Numbered from the stretch's first letter, positions 1 to 10,478 are shown. The stretch is 46,627 nucleotides of DNA from Comamonadaceae bacterium (GCA_947463025.1 CANHSE010000001.1:1-46627); one strand, 5' to 3'. Program-made: numbers and translations. Notes: a model not told the origin generated them from the sequence alone.

Positions 1-676
1 CGCGCGGGCCGTGCGCGGCACGCTCACCACCGAGGTCTGGGAAACCCAAAACCAGACCTGGCTCGAAGTCAATCGCATGTTGGCCAGCGGCGAATTCGAG
101 CGTGATCCAGGCGTGTTCTTCGAGTGGGTCAAGTTTCGCTCGCACCTCTCGCGCGGTGTGACGGTAGGCACCATGCTGATGGACGAGGCCCTGCACTTCA
201 TGCGCCTGGGCACTTTCCTGGAGCGCGCCGACAACACGGCCCGCCTTGTCGATGTGAAGTTCCATGCGGTGCAAAGCGACTTCTTTGGCGCCGCCACCTT
301 GCAGGACCAAGAGTACGACTTCTATCACTGGAGCGCGATCCTGCGCAGCGTCTCGGGCTTCGAGGTGTATCGCAAGGTCTATCGCGACGTGATCCGACCT
401 GAGCGCGTGGCCGAATTGTTGGTCTTGCGCCCGGACATGCCCCGGTCCTTGCACGCCAGCATGAACGAGGTGGTGGCCAACCTGCGTATGGTGGCGGGTG
501 ACGATGGGTCCGACACCTTGCGCCATGCCGGCCGGCTGCGCGCCGAGTTGCAGTTCGCCAGCATCGAGGAGATCCTGGCCACCGGTCTGCATGCCTTCCT
601 CACCCAATTCCTGGATCGGGTGAACGCCTTGGGTGGGCGCATCAGCCGAGATTTCCTGGTGCCCCAGGGGGCCTGA
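1..676 (+). CDS. Alpha-E domain protein (DUF403), 5'-truncated by the window edge
   Basis: Frame open from the window start. Motifs RGTLTTEVWE..N, FMRLGTFLERADNTARLVDVK, WSAILRSVS and MPRSL match alpha-E/DUF403 proteins. Confidence 0.85.
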   Translation, partial: ARAVRGTLTTEVWETQNQTWLEVNRMLASGEFERDPGVFFEWVKFRSHLSRGVTVGTMLMDEALHFMRLGTFLERADNTARLVDVKFHAVQSDFFGAATLQDQEYDFYHWSAILRSVSGFEVYRKVYRDVIRPERVAELLVLRPDMPRSLHASMNEVVANLRMVAGDDGSDTLRHAGRLRAELQFASIEEILATGLHAFLTQFLDRVNALGGRISRDFLVPQGA

Positions 677-702
677 GGCTGAGGGTCGCCGCGGGCCTGG
701 GG

Positions 703-708
703 TAGCAT
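703..708 (+). promoter_or_regulatory. Putative -10 element (TAGCAT) for a leaderless dsbA/frnE transcript
   Basis: TANNNT hexamer 6 nt before the ATG at 715, with no Shine-Dalgarno (SD) between them. Confidence 0.5.
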
Positions 709-714
709 GGTCCG

Positions 715-1374
715 ATGACAGCCTCTTTGAAGATCGATTTCGTCTCCGACATCGCCTGCCCCTGGTGCGCCGTCGGTCTGGCCTCTCTGGAGCGGGCCTT
801 GCAGCGCCTACAGGCCGAGGGCATCACCGCGCACGTGCACTTCCAACCCTTTCAGCTCAATCCGCAGATGGGGCCCGAGGGCCAGGATCTGGCGGAGCAC
901 CTCACGGAGAAATACGGGTCCACCCCCGCGCAGCAGGCTGCCAACTGGCAGGCGTTGTGTCAGCGGGCTGCGGCGGTCGGCTTCGAGTTTCGCCCCGAGG
1001 GCCGTGGGCGCACCTGGAATACCTTCAAGGCGCACCGTCTCTTGCATTGGGCGGGCGAGCAGGGCGAGGGTCCGCAGCGCGCCCTGAAGGTGGCCCTGTT
1101 GCAAGCGTATTTCACGCGGGGCGAGAACCCCTCGGACGACGCCGTGCTGGTGCAGGCGGCGCAGGCGGCGGGTCTGGACACCGAGCGCGCCCGCGCGATC
1201 CTGGCGAGCGACGACTACACGCCGCAGGTGCGCGAGCGCCAGCGCTTTTACGCGCAGGCGGGCATCAGCGCCGTGCCCTCGGTCATCGTCAACGACCAGC
1301 ACCTGGTCCAAGGCGGCCAGCCGCCCGAGGTCTTCGAGCAGGCCCTGCGGCAGATCGCCACGCAGGCCGCCTAA
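715..1374 (+). CDS. DsbA family oxidoreductase (FrnE-like, cytoplasmic)
   Basis: [12 protein letters not shown] active site, [15 protein letters not shown] and cis-Pro motif GISAVP. No signal peptide. Confidence 0.9.
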   Translation: MTASLKIDFVSDIACPWCAVGLASLERALQRLQAEGITAHVHFQPFQLNPQMGPEGQDLAEHLTEKYGSTPAQQAANWQALCQRAAAVGFEFRPEGRGRTWNTFKAHRLLHWAGEQGEGPQRALKVALLQAYFTRGENPSDDAVLVQAAQAAGLDTERARAILASDDYTPQVRERQRFYAQAGISAVPSVIVNDQHLVQGGQPPEVFEQALRQIATQAA

Positions 1375-4310
1375 GACGCAGCGCCTGCCGGTGTCTCGTA
1401 GGCCGATATCGGCACGCAGGCGCAAAACAGGTTGCGGTCACCCCAGACGTTGTCCACCCGGCCCACCGGCGGCCAGTACTTGGCGTGGCGACGTCCCTCG
1501 AGCACCGCTGCGCCCGTCTCGCGCGGATAGGCGTGCTGCCAGTCGCCCGTGAGCAAGCTGGCGGCGGTGTGCGGTGCGTGCTTTAAGGGGTTGTCCTCGC
1601 GTGGCCACTGGCCGGATTCGATGGTGCGGATCTCTTGGCGGATCGCGATCATCGCGTCGATGAAGCGATCGAGTTCCGCCAGCGTTTCGCTCTCGGTGGG
1701 CTCCACCATCAGCGTGCCAGCCACTGGAAAACTCAAGGTCGGCGCGTGAAACCCGTAATCGATCAGGCGCTTGGCCACATCTTCGGCGGTGACGCCGCTG
1801 GTGTCCTTGAGCGGGCGCAGGTCCAGGATGCACTCGTGGGCCACCCGCCCGTTCTCGCTGGCATAGAGCGTGGGGTAGTGCGGGGCCAGTCGCTTGCTGA
1901 TGTAGTTGGCCGACAGGATCGCCACCTCGGTGGCTAGACGCAGGCCTTCGGGGCCCATCATGCGGCAGTACATCCAGCTAATCGGCAGCACCGCTGCATT
2001 GCCCAGGGGCGCAGCCGACACTGCGCCCACCCGATGCGGGTTCGAGGCCGTCGTCTGGCCTGAAGCGGCCTCACCCGTCGCATGTCCGGGCAGGAAAGGC
2101 ACCAGATCTTCCACCACGCACACAGGGCCCACGCCCGGACCGCCGCCGCCATGCGGGATGCAGAAGGTCTTGTGCAGGTTCAGGTGGCTCACGTCGCCGC
2201 CGAACTCGCCGGGCGCGGCCACGCCCACCAGTGCGTTCATGTTGGCGCCGTCCACATAGACGCGACCGCCATGCCGGTGTACCAACGCGCACAGGTCCTT
2301 GACCTGGGTCTCGAACACACCGTGGGTGCTGGGGTAGGTGATCATCACCGCTGCCAGACGGTCGGCGTACTGGGCGCACTTGGCGGCCAGATCGCTCATG
2401 TCCACGTTGCCATGGGCGTCGCAGGCGGTCACCACCACCTGCATGCCCACCATCTGCGCGCTGGCGGGGTTGGTGCCGTGGGCCGAGGAGGGGATCAGGC
2501 ACACATCGCGGTGGTGGTCGCCGCGGCTCTCGTGCCACGCCTTGATCACCAGCAGGCCGGCGTACTCGCCCTGTGATCCCGCATTGGGTTGCAGGCTGAT
2601 GCCGGCATAGCCGGTCGCCTGGCACAGCCACTCGCGCAGTTGCGCGTCGAGTTGCGCATAGCCTTGCAGCTGGTCGGCCGGCGCAAAGGGATGCACCTGC
2701 GCGAACTCAGGCCAGGTGATGGGGATCATCTCGCTGGTCGCATTGAGCTTCATCGTGCAGCTGCCCAGGGGGATCATGCTGCGATCGAGGGCCAGGTCTT
2801 TGTCCGAGAGCGCGCGGATGTAGCGCAGCATCGCCGTCTCGCTGTGGTGCGTGTTGAAGACGGGGTGCGTGAGAAAGGCACTGGAGCGGCGCAGGCTGTC
2901 CGGGATCAGCGGCTCCACGCCCTTTTCGAAGGCGGCGAAGTCAGGCAGGGTCTGGCCGTCTTGCGCGAACACCGACCACAGCAAGCTCAGGTCTTCGCGG
3001 GTGGTGGTCTCGTCCAGCGACACGCACACCCACTGGCCGGCATGCACGCGCAGATTGGCGCCGCGATCACGGGCCCGCGCCGCCAGCGTGGCGGCGGCGT
3101 CGGCACCCACGCGCAGGGCCAGGGTGTCAAAGGCGCTGTCATGTTCGATCGCATACCCGAGCTGACGCAGGCCCGCCCCCAGAACGGCGGTGTAGGTGGC
3201 CACCCGTTGCGCGATGCGCTTGAGGCCCTGCGGACCGTGATAGACCGCGTACATGCTGGCCACCACGGCGGGCAGTACCTGCGCGGTGCAGATGTTGGAG
3301 GTGGCTTTCTCGCGGCGTATGTGTTGTTCGCGGGTTTGCAGGGCCAGGCGGTAGGCCGGGTTGCCGTGCGCGTCGATGCTCACACCGACCAGACGACCGG
3401 GCAGCGAGCGCTTGAACTCATCGCGGCAGGCCATGTAGGCCGCATGCGGACCGCCCGCGCCCATGGGCATGCCCAGGCGCTGCGTGGTGCCCACCACGAT
3501 GTCGGCGCCCCATTCACCTGGCGGCGTGAGCAGCGTGAGTGCCAGCAGGTCGGCGGCCACGATGAAGGCGCCTTGCTGCGCGTGGGTCTGGTCGGCGTCG
3601 GCACGCAGATCGGCGATGCGGCCGCTGGTGGTGGGATAGGCTGCCAACGCGCCAAAGTGCGGGCGGCCCAGTGCGTCGTGCCATTGCTGCAAGGAGTCGG
3701 TGACCACCACCTCGATCCCCAGGGGCCGGGCGCGCGTTTTCACCACTTCGATGACCTGCGGATGGTTGTCGCCCGCGACGATGAAGAGGGCGCTCGCGCT
3801 CTTGACGCTGCGCTTGGCCAGGGTCATGGCTTCGGCGGCCGCTGTGGCCTCATCGAGCATCGAGGCATTGGCAATCGGCATGCCCGTGAGCTCGCACGCC
3901 ATCGTCTGGAAATTCACCAGGGCTTCCATGCGCCCTTGGCTGATCTCGGCCTGGTAGGGCGTGTAGGCGGTGTACCAGGCGGGGTTTTCCAGGATGTTGC
4001 GCAGGATCACCGTGGGCGTATGGGTGTCGTAGTAGCCCTGGCCGATGAAGCTGCGCATCACGCGGTTTTGACTCGCCAGCGCCTTGAGTTCGGCCAGTGC
4101 CGCGGCTTCCGTCACGGGCGCCGGCAGCTTCATCGCACTGGTTCGGGCAATCGCCCGCGGCACGATGCCGTCGATCAGCGCGCGGCGCGAGGCCTCGCCG
4201 ATCACCGACAACATGTGCTGTTCGTCGGCTTCGCCTATGCCGATGTGGCGGGCGATGAACTGGTCGGCGTCTTCGAGTTCACGCAAGGGGCGGGCGGCTT
4301 GCATCAGCAT
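1371..4310 (-). CDS. gcvP: Glycine dehydrogenase (decarboxylating), glycine cleavage P protein
   Basis: 979 aa. [27 protein letters not shown]-lysine motif [17 protein letters not shown]; adjacent to gcvH and gcvT. Confidence 0.98.
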   Translation of the reverse strand: MLMQAARPLRELEDADQFIARHIGIGEADEQHMLSVIGEASRRALIDGIVPRAIARTSAMKLPAPVTEAAALAELKALASQNRVMRSFIGQGYYDTHTPTVILRNILENPAWYTAYTPYQAEISQGRMEALVNFQTMACELTGMPIANASMLDEATAAAEAMTLAKRSVKSASALFIVAGDNHPQVIEVVKTRARPLGIEVVVTDSLQQWHDALGRPHFGALAAYPTTSGRIADLRADADQTHAQQGAFIVAADLLALTLLTPPGEWGADIVVGTTQRLGMPMGAGGPHAAYMACRDEFKRSLPGRLVGVSIDAHGNPAYRLALQTREQHIRREKATSNICTAQVLPAVVASMYAVYHGPQGLKRIAQRVATYTAVLGAGLRQLGYAIEHDSAFDTLALRVGADAAATLAARARDRGANLRVHAGQWVCVSLDETTTREDLSLLWSVFAQDGQTLPDFAAFEKGVEPLIPDSLRRSSAFLTHPVFNTHHSETAMLRYIRALSDKDLALDRSMIPLGSCTMKLNATSEMIPITWPEFAQVHPFAPADQLQGYAQLDAQLREWLCQATGYAGISLQPNAGSQGEYAGLLVIKAWHESRGDHHRDVCLIPSSAHGTNPASAQMVGMQVVVTACDAHGNVDMSDLAAKCAQYADRLAAVMITYPSTHGVFETQVKDLCALVHRHGGRVYVDGANMNALVGVAAPGEFGGDVSHLNLHKTFCIPHGGGGPGVGPVCVVEDLVPFLPGHATGEAASGQTTASNPHRVGAVSAAPLGNAAVLPISWMYCRMMGPEGLRLATEVAILSANYISKRLAPHYPTLYASENGRVAHECILDLRPLKDTSGVTAEDVAKRLIDYGFHAPTLSFPVAGTLMVEPTESETLAELDRFIDAMIAIRQEIRTIESGQWPREDNPLKHAPHTAASLLTGDWQHAYPRETGAAVLEGRRHAKYWPPVGRVDNVWGDRNLFCACVPISAYETPAGAAS

Positions 4311-4338
4311 GGCGTCGTTCCTGGAGTGAGGGGCGGCA

Positions 4339-4713
4339 TCAGCCGTTTTGCGAGAAGGCGGCGTAGGCGGTTTCGTCCATCAACGGTTCGAGCTGCGCGG
4401 GGTCTGACAGCTTGACCTTGAAGAACCAGCCCTGACCCAGCGGGTCGGTGTTGGCCAGCGAGGGGTCGGCGCGCAGGGCTTCGTTGACCTCGGTCACTTC
4501 GCCGTTGACCGGCATGAAGACATCGGCGGCGGCTTTCACCGACTCGACGACGCCGGCCACCTCGCCCTGGGCGTAGGTGCGGCCCACTTCAGGCAGGTCC
4601 ACGAACACCACATCCCCCAGCGCGTCTTGCGCATGCACGGTGATGCCGACGGTGGCCGGGGCGTTGCCCTCGGACTGGATCCATTCGTGATCGGGTGTGT
4701 ACTTCAGGCTCAT
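4339..4713 (-). CDS. gcvH: Glycine cleavage system H protein
   Basis: Likely start [11 protein letters not shown] (ATG 4713, GGAG upstream), inside the longer ORF 4339..4983. Lipoyl-lysine motif VESVKAA. Confidence 0.97.
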   Translation of the reverse strand: MSLKYTPDHEWIQSEGNAPATVGITVHAQDALGDVVFVDLPEVGRTYAQGEVAGVVESVKAAADVFMPVNGEVTEVNEALRADPSLANTDPLGQGWFFKVKLSDPAQLEPLMDETAYAAFSQNG

Positions 4714-4744
4714 GGTGTCTCCGAGTGAGAAATGAAAAAAGGGT

Positions 4745-5902
4745 TCAGGCGGCGGGGCCGCGGTAGTAGCGCGTGGGCACAAAGGGCAGGTCGGCCACCA
4801 CCATGGGCACGGGCTTGCCGCGCACCAGGGCCTGCAGGCGGGTGCCGGTGACGGCCAGGGCCGTCTCCACATAGCCCATGGCCACGGGCTGGTCGCAGGT
4901 GGGACCGAGCAAGCCACTGGTGACTTCGCCCACGCGTCGACCCGACAGGTCTTGCAATTCGGTGTGCTCACGCACCGGCACACGCTCCTGGGCGATCAGA
5001 CCCACGCGCCGACGCGTGAGGATGGCCGTGCCATCGAGCTGGCCCAGTATGCGGTTCGCGCCGGGAAAACCCCCTGCGCGCGCACCGCCGGTGCGGCGCA
5101 CCTTCTGCATCGCCCAGCCCAGGGCGGCCTCGACTGGCGTGGTGGTGGTGTCAATGTCGTTGCCATACAGGCACAGGCCCGCTTCCAGGCGCAGCGAGTT
5201 GCGCGCACCCAGGCCGATCGGCTGCACCTCGGGCTGCGCCAACAGCGCGCGCGCCAGCGCCTCGGCCTGTGAGGCATGGACCGAGATCTCGAAGCCGTCT
5301 TCTCCGGTGTAGCCGCTGCGCGTCAGGAACAGGTCGTGGCCTTGCCAAGAGAAGCGCGCACCGGTCATGAACACCAGACGCTCCACGCCCGGCACCAGCC
5401 GCGACAGGGCCGTCACGGCCTGCGGCCCTTGCAGCGCCAACAGGGCTTGTTCGGGCAGGGGCTGCACCGTGCAGCGTGTGCCGATGCGCGCCTGAATGTG
5501 CGCGATGTCGGCGGCCTTGCAGGCGCCGTTGACGATGACGAACAGGTCGTCGCCGCGATTGACGAACATCAGGTCGTCCAGGATCGTGCCCGCGTCGGAC
5601 AGCAGCAGGCCATAGCGTTGCTTGCCCACGCCCAAGCCGATCACGTCCACCGGCATCATTGACTCGAAGGCGGCGGCCGCATCGGGCCCGACCAGCCGCA
5701 GCTGCCCCATGTGCGAGACGTCAAACAAACCCGCGGCGTTACGGGTGTGGCGGTGTTCGGCCATCAGGCCTGCGGGGTATTGCACCGGCATGGCGTAGCC
5801 CGCGAAGGGCACCATGCGCGCGCCCAACTCGAGGTGCAGGGCGTGCAAGGGCGTCTGCAGCAAGGGCTGCGACGCAGGAACTTCGGCGGGGGCGCTGGAC
5901 AT
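4745..5902 (-). CDS. gcvT: Glycine cleavage aminomethyltransferase T
   Basis: GLFDVSHMGQ, RSGYTGEDGFEI, GLGARNSLRLEAG. Confidence 0.98.
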   Translation of the reverse strand: MSSAPAEVPASQPLLQTPLHALHLELGARMVPFAGYAMPVQYPAGLMAEHRHTRNAAGLFDVSHMGQLRLVGPDAAAAFESMMPVDVIGLGVGKQRYGLLLSDAGTILDDLMFVNRGDDLFVIVNGACKAADIAHIQARIGTRCTVQPLPEQALLALQGPQAVTALSRLVPGVERLVFMTGARFSWQGHDLFLTRSGYTGEDGFEISVHASQAEALARALLAQPEVQPIGLGARNSLRLEAGLCLYGNDIDTTTTPVEAALGWAMQKVRRTGGARAGGFPGANRILGQLDGTAILTRRRVGLIAQERVPVREHTELQDLSGRRVGEVTSGLLGPTCDQPVAMGYVETALAVTGTRLQALVRGKPVPMVVADLPFVPTRYYRGPAA

Positions 5903-5952
5903 GGACTCTCCGGAGGCAGGGCTTCAAGCCATGGCTTTCGCCATGGGGGAGC

Positions 5953-6178
5953 CCGGCTGTCCGCTTTACCTGAGAGATTCGCCCTGCCAGGCCATGCCAA
6001 GCAGGGGTTGCTCCTTCGGTGGGTGCCCATCGCGTGCAGCGGGGCGCCTCTCTCCAGCAGGGGAACGCCCCGTTGCCGGGGCGTGTCGTCAGTCCTGGGT
6101 GCCTGAGCGTTCGGCGTGCAGCCTGCGCCTTCGGCGGCCGCGACCCCTGGGGGTGTGCGCGGCGCTCTCCTGACGACA
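5953..6178 (-). ncRNA. Tandem glycine riboswitch (two aptamers) upstream of gcvT
   Basis: Minus strand. Aptamer 1: UGUCGUCA-GGAGAG...CCGAAGGCGCA...CUCAGG...GGAC-UGACGACA (~6178-6084). Aptamer 2: CUGGAGAGA...CACCGAAGGAGCAA...AAUCUCUCAGGUAAAGCGGACAG (~6058-5955). Canonical location. Confidence 0.95.
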
Positions 6179-6182
6179 GCGC

Positions 6183-6188
6183 ATTGTA
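6183..6188 (-). promoter_or_regulatory. Putative -10 (TACAAT) of the gcvTHP promoter
   Basis: Near-consensus hexamer immediately upstream of riboswitch P1. Confidence 0.6.
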
Positions 6189-6225
6189 GCCGCCCCTCCC
6201 GCGCGCGCGGGGTAGGTCCTGCGAC

Positions 6226-7917
6226 CTACATATTGGCGTAATTGGGCCCGCCGCCGCCCTCAGGTACGACCCACACGATGTTCTGGGTCGGGTCCTTGAT
6301 GTCGCAGGTTTTGCAGTGCACGCAGTTTTGCGCGTTGATCTGAAGGCGATCACCGCCCGAAGCGTCCTTCACATACTCGTAGACACCCGCCGGGCAATAG
6401 CGCGACTCGGGGCCGGCAAAGCGCTTGAGGTTGATCGCCACCGGCGCCGAGGGGTCGGTCAGCGTGAGGTGGGCCGGTTGGTCTTCGGCGTGGTTGGTGT
6501 TGGAGATGAACACCGAGGACAGGCGGTCAAAGGTCAGCTTGCCATCGGGCTTGGGGTACTCGATGGGCGCGCACTGGTTGGCGGGCTTGAGATACAGGTG
6601 ATCGGGCTTCTCGCGGTGCAGCGTCCAGGGGATGTGCCCGCGCAGCAGGAACTGCTCGACGCCGGTCATGACCGTGGCCAGGGGCAGGCCCTTCTTGAAC
6701 CACTGCTTGAAGTTGCGCGCCTTGTGCAATTCGGTATGCAGCCAGGAGTCCTCGAAGGCGGCGGGGTAGGCGCTCAGTTCGTCATGGCGGCGGCCCGTCA
6801 GCAGCGCGTCGAACGCGGCCTCGGCGGCCAGCATGCCGGTCTTGATGGCGGCGTGGCTGCCCTTGATGCGCGAGGCATTGAGGTAACCCGCATCGCATCC
6901 CACCAGCGCGCCGCCAGGGAACACGGTCTTGGGCAGCGACAACAGGCCGCCCACCGTGAGCGCACGCGCGCCATAGGCCAGGCGCTTGGCCGGCTTGCCG
7001 CCCGCGGGCGTGTCGAAGTACCAGCGGATGTTGGGGTGCGTCTTGAAACGCTGGAACTCTTCGAAGGGCGAGAGCCAGGGGTTGCTGTAATCCAGGCCCA
7101 CCACATAGCCCACGGCGATCTGGTTGTTTTCCATGTGATACAGGAAGGAGCCGCCATAGGTGTCGTTGTCCAGCGGCCAACCCGCGGTGTGCACCGCCAG
7201 ACCCGGTTGGTGGCGCGCCGGGTCGATCTCCCAGACTTCCTTGATGCCGATGCTGTAGCTTTGCGGATCACTCTTGGCATCGAGGCGGAAATTGGCAATC
7301 AGCTGCTTGCCCAGGTGACCGCGTGCGCCTTCGGCGAAGAGCGTGTACTTGGCGTGCAGCTCCATCCCGAGCTGGAAGTTTTCGGTGGGCTGACCGCTTT
7401 TGCTCACGCCCATATTGGCCGTGGCCACGCCCTTGACCGCGCCCTTGTCGTTGAACAGAACTTCGGCGGCTGGAAAGCCCGGGAAGATCTCCACGCCCAG
7501 GCCCTCTGCCTGTTGCGCCAGCCAGCGCGTGAGGTTGGCCAGACTGATGATGTAGTTGCCGTCGTTGTGGAAGTTTTGCGGCAGCAGGAAATTCGGCGTG
7601 CGCATCGCCCCGGTCTCGGACAGAAACAGGAAGGCGTCTTCGGTGACGGGCTGGTTCAGGGGGGCGCCCATGGCCTTCCAGTCGGGGAACAGCTCGGTGA
7701 GCGCGCGCGGATCCATGATGGCGCCTGAGAGGATGTGGGCACCCGGCTCTGAGCCTTTTTCCAACACCACCACCGAAATGTCCTGGCCTTTGGCGCTGGC
7801 CAGTTGCTTGAGGCGAATGGCGGCAGACAGGCCGGCCGGGCCCGCGCCCACCACCACCACGTCGTATTCCATCGCTTCGCGGGGGCCGTACTTCGCCAGT
7901 ATCTCGTCGTGGGTCAT
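6226..7917 (-). CDS. Electron transfer flavoprotein-ubiquinone oxidoreductase
   Basis: N-terminal FAD motif VVGAGPAGL, GAHILSGA, C-terminal Fe-S motif YCPAGVYE...NCVHCKTCDIKDP. Confidence 0.97.
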   Translation of the reverse strand: MTHDEILAKYGPREAMEYDVVVVGAGPAGLSAAIRLKQLASAKGQDISVVVLEKGSEPGAHILSGAIMDPRALTELFPDWKAMGAPLNQPVTEDAFLFLSETGAMRTPNFLLPQNFHNDGNYIISLANLTRWLAQQAEGLGVEIFPGFPAAEVLFNDKGAVKGVATANMGVSKSGQPTENFQLGMELHAKYTLFAEGARGHLGKQLIANFRLDAKSDPQSYSIGIKEVWEIDPARHQPGLAVHTAGWPLDNDTYGGSFLYHMENNQIAVGYVVGLDYSNPWLSPFEEFQRFKTHPNIRWYFDTPAGGKPAKRLAYGARALTVGGLLSLPKTVFPGGALVGCDAGYLNASRIKGSHAAIKTGMLAAEAAFDALLTGRRHDELSAYPAAFEDSWLHTELHKARNFKQWFKKGLPLATVMTGVEQFLLRGHIPWTLHREKPDHLYLKPANQCAPIEYPKPDGKLTFDRLSSVFISNTNHAEDQPAHLTLTDPSAPVAINLKRFAGPESRYCPAGVYEYVKDASGGDRLQINAQNCVHCKTCDIKDPTQNIVWVVPEGGGGPNYANM

Positions 7918-8052
7918 CGTGTCTCGCGGATAATGAATTTCGGGGAATGGACCTGTGGTTCGCGCCGTGCGCTCGCCCGCTTGCGGTCCTATTCAATCGT
8001 CACATTCTATTGCGGTGACCGGTGCGTGCCGGCCCTCGTCAGGAGCCCTCCC

Positions 8053-8835
8053 ATGAGCTACAGCATCGATCTTTCCGGGCGTGTGGCCCTGGTCACGGGG
8101 GCCTCTAGCGGCCTGGGGGCCCAGGCCGCCCGCACCCTGGCGCGCGCCGGGGCCGCGGTGGTTCTGGCCGCCCGTCGCACCGAAAAGCTCAAGGACCTGC
8201 GCGCCCAGATCGAGAGCGAAGGCGGCGATGCCCACATCACCGCGATGGACGTGACCGACGTGGCCAGCATTCGCGCCGCGGTCGCCCGTGCCGAGACCGA
8301 GGTGGGCTCGCTGGACATCCTCGTGAACAACGCCGGTGTCGCCGCCACCCAGCGCCTGCAGGACGTGGCCGAGGACGATTTCGATCGGCTCTTTGACACG
8401 AATGTGCGGGGCGCCTTCTTCACCGCCCAGGAAGTGGCCAAGCGCATGCTGGCCCGCGCCAAGGGTGCCGCGCCTGGCACCTACACCGGGGGGCGCATCA
8501 TCAATATCGCCTCCATGGCCGGCCTGAAGGTCTTGCCCCAGATCGGCGTCTACGCCATGAGCAAGGCCACCGTGGTTCACATGACGCGGGCCATGGCCCT
8601 GGAGTGGGGACGCTTTGGCATCAACGTCAACGCGATCTGCCCTGGCTACATCGACACCGAGATCAACCACCACCACTGGTCCACCGAGCAAGGCCAGAAG
8701 TTGGTGCAGATGATGCCCCGCAAGCGCGTGGGCCGCCCCGAAGATCTCGATGCCTTGATCGTGATGCTTGCCAGCAATGAAACCCACTTCGTCAACGGCG
8801 CGGTCATCGCCGCCGACGACGGCTTTGCCCTCTAA
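8053..8835 (+). CDS. Short-chain dehydrogenase/reductase (SDR)
   Basis: Start MSYSIDLSG with AGGAG SD at 8041. TGASSGLG, NNAG and catalytic YAMSK. Confidence 0.93.
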   Translation: MSYSIDLSGRVALVTGASSGLGAQAARTLARAGAAVVLAARRTEKLKDLRAQIESEGGDAHITAMDVTDVASIRAAVARAETEVGSLDILVNNAGVAATQRLQDVAEDDFDRLFDTNVRGAFFTAQEVAKRMLARAKGAAPGTYTGGRIINIASMAGLKVLPQIGVYAMSKATVVHMTRAMALEWGRFGINVNAICPGYIDTEINHHHWSTEQGQKLVQMMPRKRVGRPEDLDALIVMLASNETHFVNGAVIAADDGFAL

Positions 8836-8838
8836 CCC

Positions 8839-9258
8839 ATGAAACTCGAACTGCCCGAAAAGAAAAAATGGGTCTACACGCTCACGCTCCCGATTCGCTG
8901 GGGCGATATGGACGCGATGGGCCATGTGAACAACACCCTATACTTTCGCTACATGGAGACCATTCGCATCGACTGGTTCAAGGCCATCAATGCCCTGCCC
9001 AATCCGCAGGGCCAGGGGCCCGTGATCGTCAATGCTTTCTGCAATTTCTACCGGCAGTTTGAGTACCCCGGCGATGTGCTGGTTCGGATGTATGTGAGCG
9101 ACCCGGGGCGCAGCAGCTTCGAGAGTTGGACGACGATGGCGCGCGCCAGCGAGCCCGAGGTGATTTGTGCGGCCGGGGGTGCCACCACCGTCTGGACAGA
9201 TTTCCCGGCGCAAAAATCAGCGCCGCTTCCTGACTGGCTGCGACAGCACCTCGAATAA
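8839..9258 (+). CDS. Acyl-CoA thioesterase (4HBT/hot-dog fold)
   Basis: IRWGDMDAMGHVNNTLYFRY motif; 3 nt after the SDR stop. Confidence 0.92.
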   Translation: MKLELPEKKKWVYTLTLPIRWGDMDAMGHVNNTLYFRYMETIRIDWFKAINALPNPQGQGPVIVNAFCNFYRQFEYPGDVLVRMYVSDPGRSSFESWTTMARASEPEVICAAGGATTVWTDFPAQKSAPLPDWLRQHLE

Positions 9259-9267
9259 GCCGCAGCG

Positions 9268-9843
9268 CTATTTGGCGCGCGGCACCCGTCCGAGCAGGTA
9301 GAACTCGGGGTTGGGCATCATGCCGGTCACGTTGGCCATGCGGTTGGAGAGCCCGAAGAAGGCGGTGATGGCCGTGATGTCCCAGGCGTCCTCGTCATCG
9401 AAGCCGTGGACCTTGAGGGCCGCGAAGTCGGCATCTTCCACCTCGTGCGAACGCAGGCACACCTTCAGCGCGAAATCCAGCATCGCCCGTTGGCGCGGCG
9501 TGATGTCGGCCTTGCGGTGGTTCACCGCCACCTGGTCGGCCACCAGCGGCTTCTTTTCGTAGATGCGCAGGATGGCGCCGTGGGCCACGACACAGTACAG
9601 GCACTGGTTGGCGGCGCTGGTGGCGGTGACGATCATTTCGCGGTCACCCTTGGTCAGGTTGCCGCCTTCCTTGAGCATCAGCGCGTCGTGGTAGGCAAAG
9701 AATGCGCGCCACTCGGCCGGCCGGCGCGCCAGCGCCAGGAAGACATTGGGCACGAAGCCGCTTTTCTCTTGCACCTCGAGGATGCGCGCGCGCAGGTCCT
9801 CGGGCAGGTCCTTGAGTTCGGGCAGGGGGTAGCGGGTGGACAT
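9268..9843 (-). CDS. Peroxidase-related enzyme, AhpD/CMD family
   Basis: GFVPNVF, REMIVTATSAANQCLYCVVAHG (E...CxxC-x3-H), FFGLSNRMA. Confidence 0.92.
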   Translation of the reverse strand: MSTRYPLPELKDLPEDLRARILEVQEKSGFVPNVFLALARRPAEWRAFFAYHDALMLKEGGNLTKGDREMIVTATSAANQCLYCVVAHGAILRIYEKKPLVADQVAVNHRKADITPRQRAMLDFALKVCLRSHEVEDADFAALKVHGFDDEDAWDITAITAFFGLSNRMANVTGMMPNPEFYLLGRVPRAK

Positions 9844-9890
9844 AGGGTCTTTCTTGGCTGGGGGTAAGAATTCAGGTGAGGGGGAGGACT

Positions 9891-10436
9891 TCAGGCCCCC
9901 GCTATCAGCTTGTGCACCAGATCGGCGGTGGTGTTGGCCTTGTACTTTCGCATCAGGCGGGCTCGGTAGATTTCCACCGTGCGGTGGCTGATCGCGAGGG
10001 CCTTGCCGATTTCCTTGGACGTCATGCCATCGAGCAGGCGCGCGGCCACTTCACGTTCGCGTGGGGTGAGTTCGGCGCCTACAGGTCGCTGCTCGCTCAG
10101 GTCTTCGAACGACCAGATCCCCGCCTCGTGCGGCGCGCCCGGCACCAGCGCGCGCCCCATCACATGGCACCAGAACAACTCGCCGGTGGCGCGCTTCATG
10201 ATGCGGTCGTCGGCATACGAGCCGCGGGCATTGAGGATGGGGGCCATGCGCGCGCCCAGTCGCTCGTATTCGTCGGCGCTGGGGTACAGCACCTGAAAGG
10301 TCTGCCCGATCAACTGCTCGCGCGGGGCCGCGAACATCTCGCACAACGCCTGGTTGCAGTCGACGATCCCGCGGTTCCTCGACAGGCACAGCCCCACGGG
10401 CGCCAGGTCGAAGGCAGTGCGGTAGTCGACGTCCAT
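9891..10436 (-). CDS. PAS domain + LuxR-type HTH transcriptional regulator
   Basis: N-terminal PAS-like segment (AFDLAPVGLC..IVDCNQALCEMF). C-terminal LTPREREVA..GMTSKEIGKALAISHRTVEIYRARLMRK. Confidence 0.92.
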   Translation of the reverse strand: MDVDYRTAFDLAPVGLCLSRNRGIVDCNQALCEMFAAPREQLIGQTFQVLYPSADEYERLGARMAPILNARGSYADDRIMKRATGELFWCHVMGRALVPGAPHEAGIWSFEDLSEQRPVGAELTPREREVAARLLDGMTSKEIGKALAISHRTVEIYRARLMRKYKANTTADLVHKLIAGA

Positions 10437-10456
10437 AGGGCGGATCTTTAGGGGAA

Positions 10457-10478
10457 ACTACGTAACGGATTAAGTAGT
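10457..10478. promoter_or_regulatory. Imperfect 22-bp palindrome, candidate operator between the divergent regulator and scoAB
   Basis: ACTAC-g-TAA-cgga-TTA-a-GTAGT in an AT-rich intergenic patch. Confidence 0.5.

Noticed and set aside
2589-4415. Long antisense ORFs (608 aa here; also 6316..7728, 10051..11886, 16341..18086, 20988..22448, 33686..35812, 36827..38152)
   Set aside because: They shadow well-identified genes on the opposite strand, have no recognisable motifs, and are expected from stop-codon scarcity in high-GC coding DNA.
4714-4744. T-run after the gcvT stop as a terminator
   Set aside because: No convincing stem before the run; more likely an unstructured enhancer ahead of the gcvH SD.
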